A stretch of DNA of 64,000 nt from an uncultured Methanosarcinaceae archaeon (GCA_963733675.1 CAVTET010000003.1:32001-96000), one strand, 5' to 3'; positions 45,936 to 57,827 are shown, counted from the stretch's first letter. The notes: generated by a model from the letters alone, not told the origin. Translations and numbers: made by a program.

Positions 45936-46453
45936 GTTGATATAAAGATATGAATTGAATTTATATAAAGAAGTTCAAGCGAATAGTAGTTCTGTTTGCT
46001 GTAGCTCCAATATGACTACTCATATTCGGTTATAATTTTTTTTCTCAACAGCTCAAAAGAAAATAATTTCATTTTTATGCAACCACCTTTAGAAAATTCA
46101 ATGCGGAAGATTTTAATGTAAAATTTATATACAGTTTTCACTAAAACTATTTTGTATTTTTTTGATAATATTTTAGGGCCAAAATACTATTAACCGAAAG
46201 TGAAGCTCTTGATTTTTTTACCCGATTAAATCTTAGTAAATAATTCAGAGTAATTTTACTGAAATATTGTATCATGCCACAATTATGTCCGGTACATATA
46301 CTTGAAAGAAAGTAATTTTCGCAGACTTTTCAAGCTTCATCTTGAAATGGTAAAAAATTTGTTAATCATGTATTTTGTATGCTTTCAATGTGAAACTTTA
46401 TATAGATCCAAGTTATCTGTTTCAGAAGTGTATTGTTTAGACCTGGGGTTCTT

Positions 46454-46822
46454 ATGACAAAAGTCGAAAAAGTATTATTGCTACTCAAAAATATGGTATA
46501 TGAGAGCACCAGCCCACAAGAAACTCTCAAATTTGCAAGATATTATAGGAGTAAGGGACTTAAAGTACTGGTCATTCTGTGGGGCCCTATGGGAGTATTG
46601 CTTGCGAAGAGAGATAAATCAAGAGGTTCACCTAAGTATGATAATTCTGTTCAAGAATGCATAGATATGGGAGTAGAGATTCGGTGCTGTCAGCTCGCTT
46701 CGGATATGATAGGGCTTAAGAAAGAAGAATTGATCCCAGGAATTGAATTTATCTGTTCAAAAGATGTAGCCGAACTTTTTCTGGAATATACAGAAGAAAA
46801 TCAACTAGTCATTAATTTCTGA
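46454..46822 (+). CDS. DsrE/DsrF-like protein
   Basis: Fold-typical pattern, GVEIRCCQLASDMIGLKKEELIPGI; ATG 46454 behind GGGG. Confidence 0.7.
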   Translation: MTKVEKVLLLLKNMVYESTSPQETLKFARYYRSKGLKVLVILWGPMGVLLAKRDKSRGSPKYDNSVQECIDMGVEIRCCQLASDMIGLKKEELIPGIEFICSKDVAELFLEYTEENQLVINF

Positions 46823-46959
46823 ATCTGAGGATTCTTTAAAGAAATTTCCTTATAAATAATATAAATTTAATTCAATACTGACCTTCAACCGTGAAGTATT
46901 TTTTGCGTAATCTTATTAAATAATTTCGTTCCATCTAATCATTATCTAACCTTAAAGAT

Positions 46960-47051
46960 AGAGGATTTTAATAAACCTATGATTTTCACGAATCATTTTG
47001 CATTCCATTTATATGCATACTACGAAATATGGGAATTTATCGAAATCCTCT
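46960..47051. repeat. ~90-bp MITE-like repeat, family B
   Basis: AGAGGATTTTAATAAA ... TTTATCGAAATCCTCT. Confidence 0.75.
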
Positions 47052-47421
47052 GTACCAAATATTCTCATGATTAAATTGAAGTAACAGGTTTATATTAAAT
47101 ATAATATCATACTATTATATTAGAGATAACCATACAAAAAAGTTATTTATTACCTTTTTTTGTGATATTAATATATTTTATAGTGTTGCTTTACTGAAGC
47201 CAATTTTGGTATCAAATCCGAATGAAGAATATTTGACCGATTATTTTCAATTGGGTGAAACATACCTATAACAACCAATGTTTATCTTAAAACTCATTAA
47301 TAAGCAGGGAAAAGAATGAAAACCTGAAGAACTTTTAGGTAGTAAGTGATGCTAATTGATAACGAAGGGCAGAACCTCACAATTCAGACTTAAGTCTCTA
47401 TTATAGCAGTAGGTATCGACA

Positions 47422-47625
47422 ATGACCACTAATGGGACGGATGAAAAAACACCGTTAATAGTAATGGGCTATGTCTTACAAGCCGTAATGAACGCTCTCA
47501 AGGATGAAGGCATTCATTTTGACCTTGGAGAAAATTCAGAGGGAATAAATGACTTTTTTCAGGTTGTAATTATATCGAAAAAAGATATGATTAGGGCAAA
47601 TGAGCTTCTTGAAAAGTACAAGTGA
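47422..47625 (+). CDS. hypothetical protein
   Basis: 67-aa ORF with AGGT upstream; no family recognised. Confidence 0.4.
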   Translation: MTTNGTDEKTPLIVMGYVLQAVMNALKDEGIHFDLGENSEGINDFFQVVIISKKDMIRANELLEKYK

Positions 47626-48420
47626 ACTCCCCTTCCATGCCGCTGATGCGTCGAGGGAGGGGCTTCCTTCCAGTACTTAAATCATTTTATTATAAACATC
47701 ACTGTTTCTAACTAACAACAAGCCTTTTTGTCGAAGACTATCAACAAAATATTGATAGTTTTTACATAAAGCATTCTGTGATAGAAAAAGTTTCATGATA
47801 TTAATTTAATTATTTCCATCTGATCAATAACATTTCCACAATCTCAATTTATATTTCATTCCCAAATAGACATTTTTATATCTAGTTCCACAAACACAAC
47901 ACCCTTTGGAAGTATAGTTTTCATCTATTTTTTAAAACTTTTACCTATGAGTTCGCACTCGTAGCCAAAAATTCAAGGAAATCGTAGAGAGAACCTTGAT
48001 TCCGAGTTGATATATTTTGAGAATGCCTTTTTTCCTTTTTTTAGATTGAGCCATTTCTTTGACTTTCAAATCTCCTATAATCGGAGTATTATCTTTGGTA
48101 TTGTTAACCATTTTACAAGAAAGTTCATATTGAAAATTCACTAATTTATTGGATTTTTTGCCATTTTTCAAAAGTCTTATGCGTTGGATTTATTTTTTAT
48201 ATTATATCGAACTTTCCTTTTGCCCTTACAATGATCCCTTCGAGACTTTATAGAACATAATTTTGGTTTCCAATGGTGATCTGATATAGTAGTTTTAATT
48301 TCAAAGAATTTACAGTCAGTATTTACATAAGTTACTTGCTTTGGAATATCTGCATCAATAGCTTATAAATCCCACTATCAATATATTAAGTTTCAATCAC
48401 TTTATGACCTGATTAGGGAA
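47622..48420 (-). mobile_element. degenerate tnpB (IS605/IS1341) with terminal GC hairpin
   Basis: FQYELSCKMVNNTKDNTPIIGDL and DENYTSKGCCVCG fragments; hairpin CCCCTTCC...GGGAGGGG at 47629-47662. Confidence 0.75.
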
Positions 48421-49119
48421 CTTGATAGTATTTGGTATAAAAATGTAGCTGTTACACTTGAAAACTTTAAGTACAATGTAACGAACTGATGCGGTTTCAG
48501 AGAAAATTTGAACAAAAATAAAAACAAATGATATGGGAAAAACTAACAAGGAACTAACAAAATACTATGAGGGAAGCGTTCCATTCTCAAGAATAGGTAT
48601 TAAGACTAGCAGTCTCAATACTCATTGACACAACTGAAGACTAGATACGGGAAACACTTATAATTGAAAAGTTATCAAAAAAAGTTTAACTGGCATAGAG
48701 CAAATTTTGCATGAAATAAGTAACTGTGCAAGTTATATTATATATCCAGGTAAAAAAAACAAGGACATCCAAATTTTAATATTGTTATTCCGCCTTCCTT
48801 ACTGTATTGAAGTGATATTGCAGTCAGTTTTCATAATTTTGCATTTAATAGTTAGGAACCGTTTTGATTCTCCCACAATTTAAAGACCATCGAAAGCATA
48901 AGCTATGCATTTCATTTCAGTCACTACTTCCATTTAATGGAAATGAAAATCTAACTGTTTTTTATCTAATTTACACTTGGTGATTTTTTTCTGCTTTATG
49001 GTATTTGGAGCGCTTTTTTGTTTATGTTACTCAAACAAGCTTTAGCTTTGGAACCACTCAATTTAGCTTGTGACATTTAGAAGTAGAAACCTTAGTCTTG
49101 CATATATGAGTTTCTGAAT

Positions 49120-49600
49120 TTGGCACTTCTGTTGTGCCATAAAGCTCACTGCCATACATCAAAGGTACAAGCACAACAACCGCCATAACCATCATAGTTA
49201 GGTACAAAAATCTCTGCAAAAGGGTTTCAACTAACGATAGCAGTCATCAGTTTGTATAGTTTCACTAACTACATTTGATTTGATATTATTGTTTGTTGCA
49301 TACACTGAATTGGTTACAGAACAAGCATCAAGATCTGCTTGTGTTATTGAATAGGTAGATATTATTATAACGCGTTTACCTGGGCCAAAATCACCGTTTT
49401 GTACAGAGATTTGGATAATCTTGTTGTCTGTAATCGAACTCTTTCATAGGATATCCAGCCTTGCTGCGTTAGTTACATTGCAATTGTATGTGATAGTCTC
49501 TTCGACATAACCATAACCTGAAAAGATTACTGCCATTTTTGAGCCCTCAGACTCTGCAGCTCTAAGATCTCGCCGGGATATCCTCAAAATGATGGAATCT
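49120..49600 (-). pseudogene. DUF11/DUF7507-like repeat surface protein remnant
   Basis: Minus-strand frame ETITYNCNVTN...YSITQADLDACSVTNSVYAT with an internal stop. Confidence 0.65.
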
Positions 49601-50475
49601 CAATCTTTGACCTTGACAAAAGCAGTGAACAATTGAGGTCTTATGGGCATCAATAATGTATCAAAAAATAGATCGTGGGAGTTGTGGAAAAAAGACGCCA
49701 TCTCTCGAAGAGCTACTTGACAATTTTTCACTTTCGGACACATAACTACACTAAGAAATTTTATTTTGGGATCTGTGCCAAAGTGTATTATATGGATCAT
49801 GATATATTAATTTAACATGAAATGATATATATTAGCATATATAGAGAATAAAGTAATAACATTAACTAAATAGAATAAAATAAAATATACTTAGTCACGA
49901 TATCAAAGTCAATGCCAACAACTTTATGGGATGAAAAATTATTATTCCACTGGTATCAACATATGAAAATTTAAACAGCAATACCTTTTATTGAAAGTAA
50001 AAAATGGAAATATTTGACAAAAATTTATTGAGTGAGACTAAGGTATTGAAAAATCGAGTTACTGATTCAGTTTATTCATGTTTTAGTTTTGTTTAGAGTA
50101 CTTTACATTATTCTTTTTTCTGATTTTTCGATTTATGATTATGATCTAAGCTGATTAGTTACAAATATTCAATGAGCTCCAGATGCTCTATGAGTCCTAT
50201 AAGCTCCATGAGATATAAATTGACAACTTTTTCTTATTTATTGTAGAACTGAGGAAGTTCAGAGATTTTATCACAAAAACTGTAAATTGATAAAAACGAT
50301 AAATTCTATTTTTTGTGGCAAAGAAAAGCGTATAGATTCGATCAAAACTTACATAACTTGTTACAAACTGGCAAAATTAGGCACATTACCAAAGTTTTTA
50401 TCAAAAAATAAAATATATTATGTATAATAAATATCTCTATTCTAAACTAATTTAAAATTATGTGTTAGAGATATG

Positions 50476-51330
50476 GGTTCCGTTGCAAAAAATCCTTTCT
50501 AATGATACAATAGAATAAAAAGAAAACCAAAGATAGTAACATGCTATCTAATTCCTTTAAATGGAAGCATTATGAAGGGGAAATTATCTTATTGAATGTA
50601 AGATGGTACTTAAAATATCCATTGAGCTATAGAAATTTAAAGGAAATGATGATAGAAAGAGGAATTCAAGTTGATCACAGTACTATAATGAGATGGGTAC
50701 ATCAATATTCCCCTGAAATAGAAAAGAAGATAAGAAGACATTTAAGACCAACAAATGATTCGTGGAGAGTTGATGAAACCTATATCAAAGTAAAAGGTAA
50801 ATGGAAATATTTTTATCGAGCAGTTAACTCAAATGGAGATACAATTGATTTCATGTTAAGTTCAAAACGAAACAGAAAAGCAGCGAAGAGATTCTTTAAG
50901 AAAGCTTTAAGTTCTAATCATAATCAAATTCCAAGATTAATAACCGTTGATAAGAATCCAGCTTATCCACCTGCTATAGATAAACTAAAAATTGATAAAA
51001 TATTACATAAAAACGTAGGCATTCGACAAATCAAGTATTTGAATAACATTATAGAACAAGATCACAGATCTATAAAGAGAATCGTTAATCCAATGTTAGG
51101 ATTTCAGTCTTTTCGATCTGCTAATAAGACTTTAAAAGGAATTGAAGCTATAAATATGATCAAAAAAGGACAAGTAATCGATCTAAATTACTCTGTTCTT
51201 AATGAAGTCAAATACATTAATCAATTATTTGGTATAGTTTTATAATGTTAGTACATTTTCCTTGAATGTTTTGATTTTTATTAATCACTTATAGATTTAC
51301 ATATTTTTTTGAAGTTTTTGCAACTGAACC
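50476..51330 (+). mobile_element. IS6-family insertion sequence, copy 3 (intact ORF, one mismatch in right IR)
   Basis: IRs GGTTCCGTTGCAAAAA / TTTTTGCAACTGAACC. Confidence 0.95.
50541..51245 (+). CDS. IS6-family DDE transposase
   Basis: 234 aa, nearly identical to 2070-2774. Confidence 0.93.
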   Translation: MLSNSFKWKHYEGEIILLNVRWYLKYPLSYRNLKEMMIERGIQVDHSTIMRWVHQYSPEIEKKIRRHLRPTNDSWRVDETYIKVKGKWKYFYRAVNSNGDTIDFMLSSKRNRKAAKRFFKKALSSNHNQIPRLITVDKNPAYPPAIDKLKIDKILHKNVGIRQIKYLNNIIEQDHRSIKRIVNPMLGFQSFRSANKTLKGIEAINMIKKGQVIDLNYSVLNEVKYINQLFGIVL

Positions 51331-51345
51331 TGTTTTCGACCTGTT

Positions 51346-52224
51346 TCAAGAAAGATTTGCAATAATTTCTTCGATTTCCCCGACTCCTTCACTTTTTACT
51401 GTTATTTCTTCCCTGCTGTGAACCCCTAAATTAAGTTCCACAGCCCTTTTGATCTGAGGTTGGGCCCAGACAGAATGATTCTGGATCTTGGGAACTGTGC
51501 CCAGGGTTTTCAGGAGGGCAAGACCCACAGCATCATTTGCTATCACATCCGAACTTGCCAGCACGATATCAGGCTCTCTCAAAGTTCCTATGTTAGGGCC
51601 GTCGGTAACAAAGCATTTAGTAGCATCTGAGATATAAAAGTCAGGCCTGTAAACAAGGTTTGACTCAGCAATCATATTACCAAAAAGCATATCCCAATTT
51701 TGTCCATGAGGAAGTTGTCGTCGGTCCCCGTCTGCGGTGATGCTTATCTGTGACTTGAGCCCCATGGTAAACGTTGCAGTCCAGTGGGTCTTGATAACTG
51801 GCAGAGCGATCAAATAATCAATTGATTCCAAAAACTCAGGGACTTCGAACCCATATAGCCAGGAGTTAGCTCCCTTTGGCTCCACACGCCGACGTTTCAT
51901 GTGATCAAAAATATGGATTTCGTCTACACCTTCGGTTTCTGCGACCTTCCAAAGTCCAAGTTCCTTAAGCACTTTTTCTGTGTCCAGCAGAGTCATCGAC
52001 TTTTCAGCCACAATTACCTTTTCAGGGTTATATTTCTGCACTTCCCGGATAGCTCCCCTCAATACTTGGGGATTTGTTGATCCAGGAGGCAGGTCTGCAG
52101 TATTTGCATTCGGCCGAATCATCACAGTAGATCCTTTTTCTATTCCCAGCCCTCCAGCTAATTCCACTGCTGTTTTTACGGATTCAATGGTATTTTTATT
52201 TCTAGAAAGTCCAACGATCACCAT
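51346..52224 (-). CDS. DUF362-domain protein
   Basis: VMIRPN, STNPQV, LPVIKTH..TFTMGLKS, DVIANDAV. Confidence 0.8.
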   Translation of the reverse strand: MVIVGLSRNKNTIESVKTAVELAGGLGIEKGSTVMIRPNANTADLPPGSTNPQVLRGAIREVQKYNPEKVIVAEKSMTLLDTEKVLKELGLWKVAETEGVDEIHIFDHMKRRRVEPKGANSWLYGFEVPEFLESIDYLIALPVIKTHWTATFTMGLKSQISITADGDRRQLPHGQNWDMLFGNMIAESNLVYRPDFYISDATKCFVTDGPNIGTLREPDIVLASSDVIANDAVGLALLKTLGTVPKIQNHSVWAQPQIKRAVELNLGVHSREEITVKSEGVGEIEEIIANLS

Positions 52225-52400
52225 ACTAAAGCACCTGAATAGTAATTATAGCCGGAATATAAATTTCGTCATTAATGGAATCGTTCAAGTTATCCATTGT
52301 AGTTCCACTCTCCCTTAAGCTGAAAGTGATTGAAAGCGTGGACAGTTTTCTTAGGAGTAGCGGCTCTAAAACGTTCAGCTATCTAATAATCCCCTTCTTA

Positions 52401-53268
52401 GAGTCTATCCGAAAAGTCCTGCTGATCTGAATGTTATCAATGCGCATGCTAAATGTAGGACAGCAAGGTAATTTTCAATTTTCTTTTCCCATCTTATAAG
52501 GGTCTTCTGAATCTATTCAGCCAAAAATGTGTCCTTTCTACAACCCATCTTCTTGCCCTAAAACGAGGTATGCCTCTTCTTATGTTTTCTTCTCCACGAC
52601 TTTTGATATGCAGTATAACCATATTCTTCAACCAATTTTCTGATATCGATGAAATCATAACCCTTATCTATGCATATATTCTGAATTATGTTTTCTGGAG
52701 AAGGTCTTTCAAAGAATATGGCGTCTAAAGTCCTTTTCACAAGCTTTTTATCGTGACGATTGGCTCCATCCACGACAACAGAAAGTGGTATGCCTTTACT
52801 ATCAGTTAAAACATTCCTTTTTGTATCTTTTTTGCCACGATCAGTAGGATTGGCTCCTGTTCCAGCTCCATCTAATGGTGCTTTTGTCATAGCACCATCA
52901 ATTGATTGTCATTCCCATTCTAATCCTTTTTCGAAATCATACTCAACAAGACCAGCCATCCACATGCTCTCAAATAAGCCTGATATTTGCCATTCCTGAA
53001 ATCGATCATATACAGTGCTTGGAGCTCTATAAAATCGTGGCAATGTTTTCCATTGGCAACCAGTAACAAGGAGATAGAAAATGCCACTCATTATTTTCCT
53101 ATCACTCTTTCTAGGTCTTCCAGACTTCTTTTTTGGCTTAGGTACAGGTAGTAAAGGCTCTATTTTTTCCAATAATCTTCAGAAATTTCGTAGTCCTGAA
53201 CAATTTTCCGTTTTGTCATTACCACACATGATCTTAAATTGAAAGTAGATTATTTTTCGGATAGGCTC
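52401..53268 (-). mobile_element. IS5-family (IS1031-like) element, copy 3, defective
   Basis: Both IRs present; frameshifts; same in-frame TGA at 52909-52911; retains C-terminus ENYLAVLHLACALITFRSAGLFG. Confidence 0.9.
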
Positions 53269-53277
53269 TAAGTTCTT

Positions 53278-53700
53278 TTAAAATTCTCCGATAATTTGCA
53301 ACACGATTTTTCTTGTCTTTTCAATCCTGTCAAAGTTTATATATACAATTTGCTGCCATGTCCCAAGTGTCATTCTTTTTTCAACGAAAGGGATTGTAAT
53401 ACTAGGACCTATGAGTAGTGCTCTTAAATGAGATCCTCCATTGTAATCTCCCCAAGTCTCATGATGATGATAATCCTTGTCTAGAGGGATTAGCTTATCA
53501 AGAATTTCTGAAACATCCTTTGAAAGATTTGGCTCATATTCCATTGTGGTTATTGCCCCTGTTGACCCAATACAGAATACTGTAACTGCCCCATTACTTA
53601 TTTTTGAGTTCTTGATTTCCTTTGATACAATTTCGGTAATATCGACAATTCCACAGTCTTCTTTTCCAACTACTGAGATTTCTCTTGTTTCTACATGCAT
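53278..53700 (-). CDS. YjbQ/UPF0047-family protein
   Basis: GSTGAITTMEYEP, YHH, NGGSHLRA, LGTWQQI. Confidence 0.9.
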   Translation of the reverse strand: MHVETREISVVGKEDCGIVDITEIVSKEIKNSKISNGAVTVFCIGSTGAITTMEYEPNLSKDVSEILDKLIPLDKDYHHHETWGDYNGGSHLRALLIGPSITIPFVEKRMTLGTWQQIVYINFDRIEKTRKIVLQIIGEF

Positions 53701-54442
53701 GAAATGATAATTAGCAGGTTAAATTGATATATTCTTGCAGTCTTTTAAAAGCAAGTTGAATTACAGCTGATTTAAGAATGGGTTTCTTTGAGCAGATAGA
53801 GCATAATTCAAGGAGTCTGAGGGTCTGTCTCTGGCAAACAGAATACTCGGCAAGCATTAGAATTTTTTTGTACTGTGTAGTGGATACTTTATGTGATTTG
53901 AAAATGAGATTATATTAAAATCTATGCATATTAGCTTATATAGATAGAAATTTCATTTCAGAATGATACTAAAAAATCACGAAATACAGAGATTTTATAC
54001 TAAAACCCATGTCTTCGTTAAAGAGATACCATGTTTATTGTGGTAATTAAAAAGGTAACATAGAGGTAATTGTAATCTACAGAACTTTCAGTACACTGCA
54101 TCTCTAGTCGGTTTGAGATAAAATTGCTGAAATTGATCCCTTTATTGATTTGAAACCGCTTTCGGTTGATGACTTTGGAAATAAAAGAAGTATTTTAAGG
54201 GTAGAGGGAGCTGTCTTTGGAATCAAAGAATGGTGGACAAGAAAAGAAAACGAAGACCAAATACAGAAATCAGCGGGAAAGATGGACAGGTTTCACACGA
54301 AGACAAAAACTCGACGTAAATCGAAATACTCTATAATTCAAAATAGTATCCTGGAAAAATTTTTATTTTTGATCTTAGATCGTTGATTGCAGATCCTAGA
54401 TAATTTGCAGAAGATGTTGCGGAATGAAATTAAAATTTCTTG

Positions 54443-55040
54443 GGTGCACCGTGCTGCAGCAATGTGATAAGTTTGCGTCCCAGCTCCGGCTATCAAGGAA
54501 TTATACAAAATCAAATATCTTCATGTGCTTATATATTTTCTACCTGGTTTCCCAGATTTTCAACATCATTTTTAATTTCATCGAAAGTTGTACTATCATC
54601 CTAAGTTTCAAAGTAACCTTCATCAATCCAAAGTCCGCTATCCCGCAACTGTTTTGATCCCAAAGTGTTCTTTAAAATTTTTTGCATGATACTTTTTATA
54701 ATCTTCATCACTATTGAAGGAGAATATTTTGGTTTAGTACCGATGAAAAGATATACCTGATCATCAACATTACCGATCGCATTAAACTCAAAAAAGCTTT
54801 TTACAGTTTAAAAGCATATAACTTTCAAATAGTTGATCATGTCATTTTCTAAAAGAAGTTTTTTACGATACTTCATACTAAAAGTATGTGATATCTTGTG
54901 TTATAGACACAATAATCCACATGATGTAGTTCCATTTTTACAGTTCAAAGGTAGTTTCAAATATAAATTAGTTAGTTAATAGTGATTCTCTAGAAATTTT
55001 CCATTATGTAGAAAGCAACTGGATATTCGACTGGAATAAA
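54443..55040 (-). mobile_element. degenerate IS200-like element
   Basis: Minus strand ATG GAA CTA..YCVY, GTKPKYSPS fragments; end motif GGATATTCGACTG. Confidence 0.7.
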
Positions 55041-55478
55041 ACTTTAAGAACTTTTTGAAAGTTATGTTTGCTTCATCGGGTAAATTTATAATACCAACGA
55101 TTGTATATAATTCAAAGAATATAAACTGTATACTAGCTGTGTCTATACCTGATATGGAGTAATTTTTCTTTATCACAATCAATGGCTTAATTGTTTTATA
55201 TAATTTTCTTCATATTTTGCTGATTTTTAGACATTATCTCGAAATTGATGATATTCAAAAATACTGAATTTAAACAAAAATATATTAAGCCCACCTGAAT
55301 ACTTTAATCTGAAAAAACAAAATTGAGCCTGAGTGGAGATATACTCTGGCTAGAAAAAAACTTTTTGATATATGGGATCGCAAAAATTTGTTATTACATT
55401 CGCAGAATGTGGGAAGTAATAGAATAAAAACCCAGAAGATGATAGAAATTCTCGAAAAACGATCCATAATATATTATT

Positions 55479-55617
55479 CTACATTCGCAGATGTACACAT
55501 GTGTACAATTTATTTGTTTATTTGACCACTACTATCCATTGAAAGTTAGATTAATTTTTAATCTTTTTCATATTGAGAAAATAGATGGCATTCTTGTATG
55601 CATCTGCGGAAAGTGAG
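55479..55617. repeat. ~140-bp MITE-like repeat, family A (best IRs)
   Basis: CTACATTCGCAGATGTACACA ... TGTATGCATCTGCGGAAAGTGAG. Confidence 0.75.
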
Positions 55618-55710
55618 TATGCTAATGACTTTGTATTTCATCACAGCTATTTAATCGTTAATCTGATAAAGTTCTGAATAAATACAAGAAATAGTTGTGG
55701 GAAAAAGGAT

Positions 55711-56652
55711 ATGAAAAAACAATTCTTGTGTCCACAGTTTGTAACTAAAGGAGCTTTTGCACTGGTATGTGTATTTTCGTTGCTGAGCCTTGCTTCAGCT
55801 TCTGTTGCCTCATATGAGGAGGTATTAACTGGCTGTTTTCACAACGAAAATAAATACTCATTCAAAGTTCTTTTGACAGAAAACATCGAAATTCCTTCTT
55901 TGCCTTTTGGCCAGGAGATTTCATTTCCCTCGACTGGCAGCAGAGAAGAGGTAAGTAGGCACCTTGGAAAACTGAGTCCTTTCCTTCTTATAGCAGCAGG
56001 CATCCTTGCAGGTTTCAATCCCTGCCTGCTTGCAGTAATTGCTTTTTTGGCATCTGTCACTCTTGCTCAGCAGCAAGGAGGAAGAAAGGAGATGCTCAAA
56101 ATGACCTTAGGTTTTTCTACTGGAATTTTAACCATACATATGCTTATAGGAATAAATATACTTTTACTTGTCAATATTATGCCTGACATCCAGGAAATTT
56201 TCACTTCAGTTACAATTTTGCTAACAGCTCTCCTTGGCTTATGGCATATCTTTGATGCATATTGGCTAAAAAAGCATTCAAGATCAACATTCAAAACTCC
56301 AGATTCCCTGAAGAACTTTATGAGTGGGATGAGTAATAAAAATTTGTTGTTGCTGTCCTTCCTTTCAGGAGGCATGTACTTCTTAGTCAAAGCCCCTTGC
56401 TTGGGAGCTATTTACCTCTCTGTCCTGAGCATACTGGCAACAAAAACCAATGCAATGGAAGGAATAACATACGCAGGACTTTACAACCTTGGCCTTCTGC
56501 TTCCTATAACGTCTCTAGGACTCTTGCTTTCCTTTGGGTTGAGCCCAAACAAAGTCACTGAGTTCCGTGAAAAAAGGAGAGTGGGAATAAGGTTAACAAC
56601 AGGAGTTATACTTATTATCCTTGCTCTGATGATGCAGCTTAAAATCATCTAA
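55711..56652 (+). CDS. CcdA/DsbD-beta-like membrane thiol-redox (cytochrome c biogenesis-type) protein
   Basis: Multiple TM segments with GFNPCLL and KAPCLGAIY paired Pro-Cys motifs; YNLG..LP. Confidence 0.75.
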   Translation: MKKQFLCPQFVTKGAFALVCVFSLLSLASASVASYEEVLTGCFHNENKYSFKVLLTENIEIPSLPFGQEISFPSTGSREEVSRHLGKLSPFLLIAAGILAGFNPCLLAVIAFLASVTLAQQQGGRKEMLKMTLGFSTGILTIHMLIGINILLLVNIMPDIQEIFTSVTILLTALLGLWHIFDAYWLKKHSRSTFKTPDSLKNFMSGMSNKNLLLLSFLSGGMYFLVKAPCLGAIYLSVLSILATKTNAMEGITYAGLYNLGLLLPITSLGLLLSFGLSPNKVTEFREKRRVGIRLTTGVILIILALMMQLKII

Positions 56653-56816
56653 CAAAAATAAAGTTTGAATAAAAATCCTGAATTACAGCCTTTACATTAA
56701 AAATTAATATTTCAAAATCTTAGAAAAATGTACTCATTGGCTATACATCTATTTTTCTAAGATTTTGAAATGTTAATTTTTACTGCAAGGACTGTAATAA
56801 CTTTGTTACAAGACGA

Positions 56817-57827
56817 TCATAAATCAGATACAGAATTCTTCTCAAGTTCTTCGGGGGAATCGGAAAGGCGTTTTTCTTCAATCATCTTAAGCAGCCTGTC
56901 TATTGCTTCTTTTATTCCTTCTCCGGTAATTGTTGAAATGTTCAACACTACTCCATCTATCTTCCTGAACTCAGGCTTATCAGACTTGTTTGCAACAACA
57001 AGCAGGGGAAGGTTAAAATTTTTTTGGATTTCCTCAAGCAGATTTTTTTGGTCTTCAATCACATATCCGCAACTTTCACTGGGGTCAAACATGAACATTA
57101 CAACCGCGTCAAGGAACTGGATCGCAGTTATTGCCTGCTGTTCGATGTTATTTCTCTCAGACATAGGCCGGTCAAGAAGTCCCGGGGTATCCATAACTTG
57201 GTAACGTACTCCCTCCCAGCTAAAATGTCCGATTGCTACTCCTTTTGTTGTGAATGGATAGGGAGCGATTTTTGGACGTGCACCGGTAACTTTTGCTACA
57301 AAACTTGACTTCCCTACATTAGGGTAGCCAGCGATCACAATCGTGGGTTCATCCCTGACATCCGGAAGTTTCCTTAATGCATTTCTAGCTTCGTTAAGAA
57401 AAAGAAGATCTTTGTTGATTGACTTAATAATGGAGGCAATTCTTCCTAAAGCCTCTTTTCGAACTGGTTCTGGAATTTCCGAATCCCGGATTTTTACTAC
57501 GTAAAACCTTGCAACCTCATGAATTTTCTTACTAGCCCAGTCCACGGATGCGAGGGACATCTTGAGCTGTTCTACACCTACTAAAATATCAGTAAGTTTA
57601 TAGTAAAAGCTGGGTAATTGATCAAAACTCGGAAACCGTCTAACAATATTTGCAAGAGTATCTGTAAAAATGTTTGAGGCTGTCAATATCATGGACTCGT
57701 TGGCCATTAACCGATTATGCTTATTCTCTATATTTTTCGAGGACATCGCTTTAGCTGCCCGTTTAAAAGCTTTGTTAATCAACTCTTCGGAAGTGGGAAC
57801 GGTGTGAATTTTTTCAAATATAATCAT
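56817..57827 (-). CDS. NOG1-family GTPase
   Basis: IFEKIHTVPTSEELINKAF, GYPNVGKSS, YPFTTKG, DTPGLLDRP, NKSD. Confidence 0.92.
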   Translation of the reverse strand: MIIFEKIHTVPTSEELINKAFKRAAKAMSSKNIENKHNRLMANESMILTASNIFTDTLANIVRRFPSFDQLPSFYYKLTDILVGVEQLKMSLASVDWASKKIHEVARFYVVKIRDSEIPEPVRKEALGRIASIIKSINKDLLFLNEARNALRKLPDVRDEPTIVIAGYPNVGKSSFVAKVTGARPKIAPYPFTTKGVAIGHFSWEGVRYQVMDTPGLLDRPMSERNNIEQQAITAIQFLDAVVMFMFDPSESCGYVIEDQKNLLEEIQKNFNLPLLVVANKSDKPEFRKIDGVVLNISTITGEGIKEAIDRLLKMIEEKRLSDSPEELEKNSVSDL

